From the NCBI GenBank assembly GCA_963724555.1, contig CAVRVE010000014.1, positions 2,308 to 66,307 on the forward strand: a stretch of 64,000 bases of DNA. The letters are read 5' to 3'. The notes under the pieces were generated by a model. It was given only the letters and a program-made list of their open reading frames with translations. It was not told the DNA's origin and did no database searches. Positions 28,848-38,492 of the stretch are shown here, piece by piece. The translations under genes were made by a program, and so were the position numbers. The stretch is from an uncultured Acidobacteriota bacterium (GTDB lineage Bacteria > Acidobacteriota > Vicinamibacteria > Fen-336). The stretch's first letter is position 1. Each line of letters begins with the position of its first letter.

Positions 28848-30797
28848 ATGGCGTTTCGCAGCCTCACGACCCGGTTCATCTTCTGGATCCTGCTCGCCGC
28901 GGGCGCGGTCTTCGCGACCGCGTTCCTGGCGCTGAGCCGTGTGGCGCGAGAGACCGCCGTGCGGGCCGCGGAGCAGGAGGCCGCGCAGGCGTCCGAGCGG
29001 CTTGCCAACCGGGTGCGGGGCGTCCTGAGCGCCGTCGAGGAGTCGGCCGAGCTGCTCGGCACGACGGTCGAGACGGTCGACCTCGGTCCGAAGGAGCTCG
29101 AGCGGCTGCTGCGCCACTACGTCGCGAGCGAAGAGGACGTCTACGGCTCGGCGGTCGCGTACGTGCCGGGTGAGTACCACGGCCCGCTTGCGGGCGGGAA
29201 GACGAAGAGCCCGCGGCTCTTCGCCCCGTACGCATTCGGCCGTGGCGACGAGGGCGCCCTACAGATGCTCGATCTCGCGACCGAGAGCTACGGCTACCTC
29301 GAGCGCGACTGGTATGCGGGCCCCGCCGCGTCCGGGAAACAGGGCTGGTCCGAGCCCTACCTCGACACCGGCGCGAGCGGCCGCGCGATGGTCACGTACT
29401 CCGTGCCCTTCTTCACGCGCAGCGAGCCTCGTCAGGTCCGAGGCATCGCGACCGCCGACGTGCCCCTCGATTGGCTGGTCAAGCTCGTCGATGCGGTCAG
29501 GATCGGGCGCACCGGCCTCGCCGTCGTGCTGTCGCGGGCCGGCCGCATCCTCGCTGCGCCCGGTATGTCGCCGGCGGACCTCAAGGCCCCTCTTCTCGAG
29601 CAGCTTTCGCCGGAGAGGCGCCGGAGCATCGAGCCGATCGTCCGCCAGATGCTGGCGGGCCAGCAGGGCTTCCAGATCCTCGAAGTCCAAGGACGCCGAG
29701 GGCGCGTGCTCTACCAGTCGATCGGTGCCGAGGGTTGGTCGCTGGCCGTCTTCTATCCCGAGGACGAGCTGATGGAAGGCGTCACGCGTCTCCGCGAGAT
29801 CCAAGCCGCGATGGGCCTCGTCGGCCTCGCCGTCCTGGTGCTGGTCGTCGTCCTTCTCTCGCGCCGGCTGACCGCGCCGATCCGGGAGCTGGCCGGCGCC
29901 GCTCGCGGGCTCGCCTCGAACCTCGAGGCGGCGCTTCCGGAGCCGCGATCGCAGGACGAGCTGGGCGCGCTCACCGCGGCTTTCCGGGACATGCGCGACG
30001 CGCTGCGTCGCTACATTCACGACCTCGAGGTGACGACCGCGACGAAGGAGCGCATGGAGAGCGAGCTGAAGATCGCCGGCCGCATCCAGATGGACATGAT
30101 CCCGCGCGGCAGCGCGGGAACCCGCGACGAAGGCTACGAGCTGTCGGCCCTGATCGAGCCGGCACGCGAGGTCGGGGGCGACCTCTACGATCACTTCACC
30201 GAGGGCGGGCACGTCTTCTTCCTGGTGGCCGACGTGTCGGGGAAGGGCGTTCCCGCGGCGCTCTTCATGGCGCGGGCCAAGACGCTCTTCGAGGCCGCGG
30301 CCGCGCGGCTCCGCGATCCGGCCGAGACCCTGGCTGAGGTGAACCGCGGCCTGTGTCGCGAGAACGGGTCCGGCATGTACGTGACCGCCGTGTGCGGTGT
30401 CCTCGACACGGCGAACGGGGAGCTGAGCTTCGCCTGTGCCGGCCATGAGCCCCCGATCCATCTTCAGGCCGACGGGCCGCCCTTGCGTCTGCAGGCGGAG
30501 GGTGGCACCGTTCTCGGCCTCCTTCACCCTGCGGCCTTCCCCGCGAACCGCGTCCGCCTGGCCCCGGGGGAGGGGATCGTGGCCTACACCGACGGCGTGA
30601 GCGAAGCCTTCGACTCGGCGGATGAGCTCTTCGGCGACGAGCGGCTCGCGGCCGCGCTGCGGCCTGTTGCTCGGGAGGAAGCGTCACGCGTGACCGTAGC
30701 GGTGCGCGACGCGGTGCGCGACTTCGTGGGCGACGCCAAGCAGTCCGACGACATCACCATCCTGACCCTGCGCTACCTCCAGCCGCGGCGGGCCTGA
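28848..30797 (+). CDS. Cache-like sensor, HAMP and PP2C (SpoIIE/RsbU-type) phosphatase
   Basis: Two TM segments flank a periplasmic domain of about 290 aa. HAMP: APIRELAGAARGLA...LTAAFRDM. PP2C motifs GGDLYD, FLVADVSGKGVPAAL, YTDGVSEA, DDITIL. Confidence 0.9.
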   Translation: MAFRSLTTRFIFWILLAAGAVFATAFLALSRVARETAVRAAEQEAAQASERLANRVRGVLSAVEESAELLGTTVETVDLGPKELERLLRHYVASEEDVYGSAVAYVPGEYHGPLAGGKTKSPRLFAPYAFGRGDEGALQMLDLATESYGYLERDWYAGPAASGKQGWSEPYLDTGASGRAMVTYSVPFFTRSEPRQVRGIATADVPLDWLVKLVDAVRIGRTGLAVVLSRAGRILAAPGMSPADLKAPLLEQLSPERRRSIEPIVRQMLAGQQGFQILEVQGRRGRVLYQSIGAEGWSLAVFYPEDELMEGVTRLREIQAAMGLVGLAVLVLVVVLLSRRLTAPIRELAGAARGLASNLEAALPEPRSQDELGALTAAFRDMRDALRRYIHDLEVTTATKERMESELKIAGRIQMDMIPRGSAGTRDEGYELSALIEPAREVGGDLYDHFTEGGHVFFLVADVSGKGVPAALFMARAKTLFEAAAARLRDPAETLAEVNRGLCRENGSGMYVTAVCGVLDTANGELSFACAGHEPPIHLQADGPPLRLQAEGGTVLGLLHPAAFPANRVRLAPGEGIVAYTDGVSEAFDSADELFGDERLAAALRPVAREEASRVTVAVRDAVRDFVGDAKQSDDITILTLRYLQPRRA

Positions 30798-30923
30798 GCC
30801 GTTGAAGCCGTGGGCTCAAACGGCGGAGTGAGATCGTCGCGGATTCCGAAGCGCGGGCGAAGGATCTGGGCGAGGCCCAGGTGTTCATTCCCTGACCCGT
30901 TCGTCGTGTCAGGCTTAAGGAAC

Positions 30924-32054
30924 ATGATCACTCTCGTCGGCCGTCCCTCGTGGCGCATCGCCCTCGGTGCCCTCGCGCTCTCCGCTCTCGCCCTCGTCCC
31001 GGCCGCCGCCACAGATGGCACCTGCGGGATCACGGGCGCTCCCCGAGTCGTCGCGGTCGGCGACATCCACGCTTCCTACGACAACCTCGTGAAGGTCCTG
31101 AACATGGCAGGCCTTCTGGACCGTTCCGGCCACTGGGCCGGGGGCAAGGCCCTGTACGTGCAGGTGGGCGACCTCCTCGACCGCGGCGTTCAAGCGCGCC
31201 CGGTCCTCGATCTCCTGATGCGCCTCGAGAAGGAGTCGCGCAAGGCGGGTGGCGGCGTGGTCGTGCTGCTCGGCAACCACGAGGTGATGAACATGCTCGG
31301 GGACCTGCGCTACGTGCAGGCCGCGGAGTACGACGAGTGGAAGGTTCCGGATACGACGAGGAGCGACACACCGTCGAGCGAAGCGCTCCGCCTGCAGTTC
31401 GTCGAGCGGGTCACGGGACGCGCCCGCCAGGACGCGAAGGCCGCCGGGCAGTCCTTCGACGAGGAGGCCTATCGCCAGAAGCTGCTCGTTGAGACGCCTC
31501 CAGGATTCGTCGAGCGCGCGCAGGCCCTCTCGGCGAGCGGCGAGTACGGGAAGTGGCTTCGCGCGCACGACGTGATCGCCACGGTTAACGGTGTCGGCTT
31601 CGTGCATGGCGGCCTCACCCCCGAGGTGGCGGCGCTCGGTTGCGAGGGGATCAACCGGAAGGTGCGCAGCGAGCTGAGTGCTGACCTGGCCCAGACCCGG
31701 GCGAACCCGCAGCAGGCGCTCGCGACCGGCGAGAGCGGCCCGCTGTGGTACCGCGGCCTCGCGAAGGAAGACGAGGCGACTCTTCTCCCGTCGGTAGAGA
31801 AGGTGCTCGAGTCGCTGGGGGTCAAGGCGCTCGTGATCGGCCACACGCCCACCGGCGACGGGAAGATCCACGCGCGCTTCGGCGGGCGCGTGGTGGTGAT
31901 CGACGTGGGGATGGTCGCGGAGTTCGGCGGCCATCTCGCCGCTCTCGAGCTGGGGCCCGACGGCTCGCTCACTGCGATCTACCCGACGAGCCGTGAGACG
32001 CTCGAGCGGAAGGCCGCGGAACACGGCGACGCCGCGAGCCCTGCGCGCCGCTAG
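30924..32054 (+). CDS. Secreted PPP-family metallophosphoesterase (Shelph/ApaH-like Ser/Thr phosphatase fold)
   Basis: Signal peptide IALGALALSALALVPAAA. Motifs GDIHAS, GDLLDRG, GNHE. Confidence 0.85.
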   Translation: MITLVGRPSWRIALGALALSALALVPAAATDGTCGITGAPRVVAVGDIHASYDNLVKVLNMAGLLDRSGHWAGGKALYVQVGDLLDRGVQARPVLDLLMRLEKESRKAGGGVVVLLGNHEVMNMLGDLRYVQAAEYDEWKVPDTTRSDTPSSEALRLQFVERVTGRARQDAKAAGQSFDEEAYRQKLLVETPPGFVERAQALSASGEYGKWLRAHDVIATVNGVGFVHGGLTPEVAALGCEGINRKVRSELSADLAQTRANPQQALATGESGPLWYRGLAKEDEATLLPSVEKVLESLGVKALVIGHTPTGDGKIHARFGGRVVVIDVGMVAEFGGHLAALELGPDGSLTAIYPTSRETLERKAAEHGDAASPARR

Positions 32055-32100
32055 CCCATGATCTCGCTGCCCGTCCTTCTCCTCAGCGTCATCCGGCCGT

Positions 32101-32160
32101 CGCCTTGGCGTAGGCGTGGACGATCGGCGCCAGCACGAGCCCGGGCAGGCCGAAAGCCGT
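32101..32160. repeat. Copy 1 of a duplicated 60-bp gene fragment (C-terminal remnant of a membrane-protein gene, minus strand, readable over 32089-32220)
   Basis: Minus-strand translation ...IISRQWLVDPVLYRQNPETAFGLPGLVLAPIVHAYAKATAG*, preceded by an in-frame stop. Near-identical to 32349-32409. Confidence 0.8.
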
Positions 32161-32348
32161 TTCCGGGTTCTGCCGGTAGAGAACCGGATCGACGAGCCAT
32201 TGCCGCGAAATGATGTCGGCTCAGCCGGATGACGACGCGAGCGGATCCGTCAGTCCACCTCGAAAGCGATGAACAACATCCGCTGAGACGATACAGCCCG
32301 GCCTCCACCCCGGAACGAGCTGTCAGATGAGTCCGCGGTCCGGCAGCT

Positions 32349-32409
32349 CGCCCTTGGCGTAGGCGTGGACGATCGGCGCCAGCACGAGCCCGGGCAGGCC
32401 GAAGGCCGT
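32349..32409. repeat. Copy 2 of the duplicated 60-bp gene fragment (minus-strand remnant ending at stop 32323)
   Basis: Minus-strand translation ...TAFGLPGLVLAPIVHAYAKGELPDRGLI*. Differs from copy 1 by one indel and one substitution across about 60 bp. Confidence 0.8.
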
Positions 32410-32546
32410 CTTCACGCGCGTGTTCCTGGCGCCGGTGGCGCTCCCGACGTGGGTTTCAAGCAGATCAACGACACGCTGGGCACGAAGTAGGCGATCAGGC
32501 GCGCGCCGCCGTCAGCGGCGCACCGCGCCGGCGGCTGCGCGGCGGC

Positions 32547-32735
32547 TCACGAGTGCACGATCGTGATCACGAAGTCACCGGAGCCCTGCATGTTCCCGAC
32601 GTCGTAGAGCACCACGCAGTAGCTGCCCGTCGCGATGGTGCCGGAGAGGACGTAGCCCATCTTGGCCGCCTCGCTGTAGGCCCCTGAGATGAGGGTGCAG
32701 ACCCCGTTCACGGGCTGTCCGACGCCGAAGCCCAT
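32547..32735 (-). CDS. Orphan short ORF, probably the C-terminal fragment of a decayed secreted-protein gene
   Basis: Non-shadow composition (MGFGVGQPVNGVCTLISGAYSEAAKMGYVLSGTIATGSYCVVLYDVGNMQGSGDFVITIVHS). The frame stays open upstream into a Thr/Ser linker with no convincing start. No ribosome-binding site. Confidence 0.3.
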   Translation of the reverse strand: MGFGVGQPVNGVCTLISGAYSEAAKMGYVLSGTIATGSYCVVLYDVGNMQGSGDFVITIVHS

Positions 32736-32859
32736 GGTGATCGTGGTCTGCGGGCTGAAGCTCGTGAGCGTGGCCGTGATCGCGCGCTGCCGGCGTGGCG
32801 GCGGAGGCCGCCGCGTCTGGGGCGCTCGAGGTGCCCGTCCCCCCTGCGCATCGTGGCCG

Positions 32860-34863
32860 CCAGTTCACCCTCTCGGCCTGGACTGGGTGCTGGCGGCGGC
32901 CGTCCTCCACGTGCTGCTCCCGGAGCAACCTCGTTCGTCGCGGTCGCTGGGAGCCTTCGTGGCCGCGCAGGTCCTCGGGATCGTGAGCCACGTCCCCGGT
33001 GGCCTTGGCGTGTTCGAGCGGCCATGGTGGTGCTCTGCTGAAGCCGGATCTCTCCCTCCGCGAGCTGCTGCCCGCCCTCGTCGTCTACCGCGTCGGTCTA
33101 CTACGTCGATGCGGCTGATCGCGGCCCTCGCTGGTGCTGGTGGTCGACGAGGTCCGTCAGCGTCGGGACGCAGGCCGCGCGCGCTCGGGGCGGTCTTCGG
33201 CTCGGTGGCCGAGGCACCTCACGCCGCGCGTCTGCTGGCCGTCTTCACGTTCCTGGGCGGCGCGGTGCTCCTCTTCTCGGGAGCCACTCCGGCATCGGCT
33301 GGGCGTCTCGCACCTGCTCGACGGAGCTTCCTGCCACTGGCGGCCGTCGAGACCTCGCACTTCATCGGGAGCCTCGCGGGAGTGGGCCTCCTGGTCCTCT
33401 CACAGGGAATCGCTCGGCGTCTCGACTTCAGCGTACTACCTCTCGGTCTCGGCGCGCTCGTGGTGGGCTTCGCGGCGTCCCTCCTCAAGGGCGCGCGACT
33501 ACGAGGAGGCGACTGCTGGGCTGCTCGTCCTGGTCCTGCTGGCGCTGTCAAGAGCCAGGGCACTTCGATCGCAAGGCCGCGTTCTTCGCCACGCGCTTCT
33601 CGCGCGGCATGGGTCGCGGCGTCCTGGTGTCGGTGGTCGCCGCCTCCGTCTGGCTCGGGGCTCTTCGCCTTCCGCCACGTGGAGCTATTCGAGCGAGCTG
33701 TGGTGGCAGTTCGAGCTCGCACGGCGAGGCGTCGCGGTTCCTGCGGGCCTCGGTCGGGAGCTGCCGTGGCCCTGGCGGTCTTCGGCATCGGGACGCCTGC
33801 TGCGGCCCGCGCCCCACGAGGTCGAGACCGCCTCCGACGCCGAGCTGGAGCGGGCGGCGCGTGATCATCGAGCCCAGGCCTCCACCGTTCCCGTATCTCG
33901 TCTTCCTGCGCGACAAGGGCGCTGATGTTCGATGAAGGACGGCGAGGGCTTCGTCATGTACGGCGTTCAGGGGAGCACGTGGGTCGCGCTCGGCGATCCC
34001 GTCGGGCCGCCGGAGCGGCTGGCCGCCAGGCTGGTACAGCAGTTCCTGGAGCGCTGCGACGACTTCGACGGCACGCCGGTCTTCTACGAGGTGGGCAAGG
34101 AGAGGCTCAGCGTCTACGCGGACTTCGGCCTCACCTTCGTGAAGCTGGGCGAACAGGCGCGCGTGGACCGCTCGCGGCTTCAACGCCGAAGGGGCCGGCC
34201 AGCGCGACCACCGCCAGGCGCTGCGGCGGCTCGAGAAGGAAGGCTGCGCGTTCCGCGTGGTACCGGCGGCGGAGATCCCGCGAGCTGCTGCGACGGCTTC
34301 GAGGCAGTCTCCAAGACTGGCTACGCAGCAGGGCGCCGCCGAGAAGGGCGTTCTCCCTCGGCTTCTTCGATCGTCGTACCTGGGCAGCGATTCCCGGTGG
34401 CGGTGGTGGAGCGCTCGGGCCGCCTCGAGGCCTTCGCGAACCTCTGGCCCGGCGCCGGACACGGTCGAGCTCTCGATCGACCTGATGCGCTACCGCGAGT
34501 CGGCGCCCAAGAGCGTGATGGAGTCGCTGCTCGTCCACCTGATGCTCTGGGGGAAGGAGCAGGGCTACCGCTTGTTCGCGCTCGGCATGGCGCCCTTGTC
34601 GGGCCTCGAGCTCTCGCCGGTGGCGCCGCTCTGGGCGCGGCTGGGCTGCTTCGTCTACAAGCGCGGCGAGGCGCTCTACAACTTCCAGGGACTGCGCGCC
34701 TACAAGGAGAAGTTCCACCCGACCTGGGAGCCGCACTACCTGGCCTATCCCGGCGGTCTGCTCGCTGCCGCGCATCCTGGCCGACGTCGCGGCCCTGTCG
34801 TCGGCGGCTGCGGCAAGAGCTCCTCGTTCGGGCGCGCGGCGACCTCACGGACTCGGCGCGTAG
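32860..34863 (+). pseudogene. mprF: MprF-like lysyl-phosphatidylglycerol flippase/synthase remnant: 5'-truncated, at least 8 frame changes
   Basis: Motifs are scattered over three frames: LGAFVAAQVLGIVSHVPGGLGVFE, DYEEAT, WWQFEL, ASRFLRASVG, FLRDKGA, GFVMYGVQGSTWVALGDP, DLMRYRESAPKSVMESLL, YNFQGLRAYKEKFHPTWEP. The N-terminal TM helices expected upstream are absent. Confidence 0.8.
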
Positions 34864-35038
34864 ATGCCCGCTCCCAAGATCGTCCGCACCAGCCGCCGAG
34901 TCTTCAGGCGGACGTCAATTCCGTGCAAAAGCGCGTGTGCGTGGGCGCACTCGCACCTCTGCCGGCCCGACTCGCTCAAGCGCTGCCCCTGCCTGCCTCG
35001 CGGTCTGGGATAATCCGCTCCGGGCGAGGAGGCTCTGA

Positions 35039-36889
35039 ATGGGTGGAGCGGCGGGTGTCGGGCTTCCCGCGTGGGCGGACGAGATGCGGCAGGTCTTCAA
35101 GGCCGGGGCGACGAGCCAGTTCGTCCTCCACGGGAACGTCTTCGATCTCGTGCCGGCGCCGGACGGCAAGGGCGGCACCGACTTCGTCGGGCTCGGGGAG
35201 TTCCTGACCGGCTCGATGTTCCAGCCCTTCGACGTCGTGATCCGCTACGACCGCGGCCGCGGCGTCCGCATCGAGCCGCCCGACCCGCAGCGGCAGGACG
35301 CCTACAAGGGCGTCGAGGAGGTCTTCCGCTTCCTGAAGGGCGTCGACGCCTTCCGCGGCGCGCCCACGGCGCTCGACGCCGTGGCGGAAAAGGTCGAGAA
35401 GCTCGACCTGCGGGACCAGCTCCCGCGCGACCCGAAGCGCGCGCTCGAGATCGTCGACCGCATCCTCGCCTTCGCGCGCCGCCGCACGAGGGTCCAGGAC
35501 GGCAAGGTGGTGGCGAACCCGCTCAAGGTCGCCGTGATCCTCGACTACGCGCACTTCATCGCACCGCAGGGCGACCCGATCTACGTGGCCGACCTGAGCC
35601 AGACGCTGATCCAGATCCAGGAGTGGGCCGCGAACCCCGAGGTGACGAGCGCCTTCGTCGCCACGGTGCTGATCACCGAGAACCTCGCCGACCTGAACCG
35701 CAGCCTGGCGGAGACGCCCTACAGCGCGAAGATCCGCATCTCGCTGCCGAGCGCCGACGACATCCGCGAGTTCGTGCTCGACCTGGTGCCGGACGTGAAG
35801 GAGTTCGAAAAGGCCTCCGAGGTGACGCGCGAGGTGCTGGCCGACAAGCTCGTGGGCCTGTCGCGCGTCTCGGTGCGCACGCTCGTGCGCCGCGCGCTCA
35901 CGAGCGGCGAGCGCATCACCGGCGCCTACCTGACGCGGATGAAGAAGGAGCTGATCGAGAAGGAAGCCGCCGGCCGGCTCGAGTTCCTCGAGTCGTCGCG
36001 CACGCTCGACGACGTGGCCGGCCACGACGCGGCCAAGGCCTGGATGCGCGAGGACGCGCTCCTGCTGAAGCGCGGCCGCACGATGGCGATCCCGATGGGG
36101 TACCTGCTCACCGGCCGGATCGGCACCGGCAAGACGTACCTGGTCGAGTGCCTGGCCGGCGAGATCGGCATCCCCTGCGTCGAGATGAAGAACTTCCGCG
36201 ACAAGTGGGTGGGCGCCACCGAGGGCAACCTCGAGAAGGTGTTCTCGATCCTGCACGCGCTCGGGCAGGTGATCGTGTTCATCGACGAGGCGGACCAGAT
36301 GACGGGCAAGCGCGGCGGCGGCGACGGGGATTCCGGACTCTCGGGCCGCGTCTACGGCATGCTCGCCAAGGAGATGTCGGACACGAAGAACCGCGGGAAG
36401 ATCATCTGGATCTTCGCGACCTCGCGCCCCGACCTCGTCGAGGTGGACCTGAAGCGCCAGGGCCGGCTCGACGTCCACATCCCGCTCTTCCCGCCGGGCG
36501 ACAAGGAGGGCCGCGCGGGCCTCTTCGCCGCGATGGCGCACAAGCTCAAGCTGCCGATCAAGCCGGAGGAGCTGCCGGCGCTGCCCGACAACGACCAGCT
36601 CGGCGGCAACGAGATGGAAGGCCTGCTGGTGCGCGCGCTCCGCGACTACGAGGCTGCTCAGGACGCCGAGGAGCGCGGCAAGGGCAAGGCGCGGCCGCTG
36701 CGCGACTGCGCGAGCGACGCGATCCAGGACTTCCGGCCTTCCGCCCACGTCGAGAGGCTCGAGCTCATGGACCTGCTCGCGGTCAAGGAGTGCACCGACA
36801 CGCGCTTCCTGCCGGAGCGCTTCCGCAAGCTCAGCCTCGCCGACGTGAACGCCCGCATCGAGCGGCTCAAGGCCACGACCGGGGAATAG
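35039..36889 (+). CDS. Classical-clade AAA ATPase (single AAA module) with an uncharacterised N-terminal region of about 330 aa
   Basis: GAGGAGG ribosome-binding site. Walker A GRIGTGKT, Walker B VIVFIDEAD, second region of homology ATSRPDLVEVDLKRQGRLD. Intact 616-aa ORF. Confidence 0.9.
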   Translation: MGGAAGVGLPAWADEMRQVFKAGATSQFVLHGNVFDLVPAPDGKGGTDFVGLGEFLTGSMFQPFDVVIRYDRGRGVRIEPPDPQRQDAYKGVEEVFRFLKGVDAFRGAPTALDAVAEKVEKLDLRDQLPRDPKRALEIVDRILAFARRRTRVQDGKVVANPLKVAVILDYAHFIAPQGDPIYVADLSQTLIQIQEWAANPEVTSAFVATVLITENLADLNRSLAETPYSAKIRISLPSADDIREFVLDLVPDVKEFEKASEVTREVLADKLVGLSRVSVRTLVRRALTSGERITGAYLTRMKKELIEKEAAGRLEFLESSRTLDDVAGHDAAKAWMREDALLLKRGRTMAIPMGYLLTGRIGTGKTYLVECLAGEIGIPCVEMKNFRDKWVGATEGNLEKVFSILHALGQVIVFIDEADQMTGKRGGGDGDSGLSGRVYGMLAKEMSDTKNRGKIIWIFATSRPDLVEVDLKRQGRLDVHIPLFPPGDKEGRAGLFAAMAHKLKLPIKPEELPALPDNDQLGGNEMEGLLVRALRDYEAAQDAEERGKGKARPLRDCASDAIQDFRPSAHVERLELMDLLAVKECTDTRFLPERFRKLSLADVNARIERLKATTGE

Positions 36890-36892
36890 CCC

Positions 36893-38477
36893 TCAGTCCG
36901 CTCCGTCCTGGCGCGCGAAGGCGACGGTGTAGCCGCCGATCCGCGTGCCGTGGTCCTTGCCGGTCTCGATGTCCGAGCGGTAGTGGATGCCGCCGTAGAG
37001 CCGCGAGATGGCCGCCTCGTCCCGCATCGCCTCGAAGCTCGACGCGCCGGCCGGGAACAGGTACGAGAGCACGACCGCGGCCGCGGCCGAGAAGGTCGAG
37101 TGGCCCGAGCGTGTAGGACGGGAAGTTCGGCAGGCCGATCGATGGTCTTGATGCGCGGATCCATCTGGCTGGGGCGCGGGTTGAAGTAGGCGAACTTGGC
37201 GTCCCAGCAGCCGACCGCCGGCGTCGTGCATGGCCATGTTCAGGAGCGCGAACGTTCGCGCGGCGCGCACCTCGCTCATGCGCGCGTCGCGCACGTACTC
37301 GGTCGCGATGTCGTTCCAGTGGCCGGGCGGCGTGTAGGTGGCGGCGCCGTCGTTCCACTTGAGCGCGACGGCGAGCTGCTCGCGCGAGAGGTGGTCGACG
37401 GTGTCCCGCACCTCCGCGACCTCCTGCGCCATCTGCGAGGACGAGGTCGAGGGCGGCGGCCCGGGCCGCTCGCGCGCGACGTCGGTCGGGGTCATCATCC
37501 AGGCCCGCACCTTGCCGAAGTTCGGGAGCATCGGAGGCCGCGACGGCGTCTCGAGGCTCTTCCAGGGGATCTCGCCGCGCGCCGCGGCGGCGTCGGCGAA
37601 CGCCTGCCACTGCGCGGCGTTGCCGACCGCCGCGCCCATCCCGTCGCTGCCGGCGCGGGCCACGAACACGGCCGCGACGGCGCGCCCGAGCGCGAGACCG
37701 GCGGCGATGTCGCTCGCCGTGGCCTTGCCCGACTGGAGCGCGGCGTCGCGCTGCTCGCCGGCCTTGCGCGTGATCTCCTCGACCGCGGCCGGGAAGAGCA
37801 GCCTCAGGATCTCGGTCGTGACGCCGGAGAGCACGGCGTCCTCCGAAGGGTAGGCCGGCAGGTCGGTCGTCGGCATCAGCGCCTGGATGCTCGAGTCGAC
37901 GCGCGACGGCGACGGCCGGTTGTACTGGTACTTGTAGTACCAGGCCGCCTTCAGCGCCTCGAACTGCGCCACCGTCACGTAGCTGTAGGCGCGCGCGGCG
38001 TAAGGCGGGTTCGCGAACGGGAACGCCGGGTCGGCGAACGGGTTGTTCGGCGTCCGGGAACGCGGTACGTGCCGTTGTCGCGCGGCGCCGGCGGCAGGTT
38101 GTAGCGCGCCACGAGCTCGCGCAGGATCTGGTTCCAGCGCAGCACGCCGCCGCCGCTCCAGTAGTCGATCGCCTCGCGCTGCGCCTGGGTCAGGCTGGCC
38201 TGGGCGGTCTTGATCGCCGCCAGCTCCGACTGGTACGCGTCGGACGACACCGGCGCCGGCGCGGCGACGGTGAACTGCGTGGGCCCGCTCAAGCAGGATC
38301 ATCTTCCAGCTGCCTGCGCCGGGGTCGTTGCTGTTCGCGGCCTGCGGCTGAGAGCTCCTCGAGCGTCGGGATGCTGCGGCTGCAGGCGGTGACGACGGCG
38401 AGCGCCACGGCGGCGGCGAGAGCGGCTGCGGCGATCCGGCGCGGCCCGCCGGGTGTCTTCGTGATCTCGGTCTTCAT
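36893..38477 (-). pseudogene. PAP2 / vanadium-haloperoxidase-superfamily lipoprotein; at least 5 frame changes (about 38320, 38060, 37215, 37140, 37100)
   Basis: Lipoprotein signal AAALAAAVALAVVTAC. Superfamily motifs NPRPSQ, LGHSTFSAAAA, SRLYGGIHYRSD. Pieces in ORFs 38289..39572 (3' end), 37975..38292, 36893..38302, 36658..37164 and 36867..37610. Confidence 0.75.
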
Positions 38478-38492
38478 GGCGGTGCCTCTCGC

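Noticed and set aside
32547-32735. Small secreted peptide or bacteriocin-like gene
   Set aside because: It has no ribosome-binding site or signal/leader peptide. The frame stays open upstream without a start, so it is more consistent with the tail of a broken larger gene.
32055-34863. Mobile element or genomic-island insertion explaining the decayed region
   Set aside because: No transposase, integrase, recombinase, terminal inverted repeats or flanking tRNA could be found. Only gene fragments are present.
34976-37116. ORFs 34976..36748 (-, 590 aa) and 35071..37116 (+, 681 aa)
   Set aside because: They are antisense or +2-frame shadows of the AAA ATPase gene. No motifs, Arg/Pro/Gly-rich.
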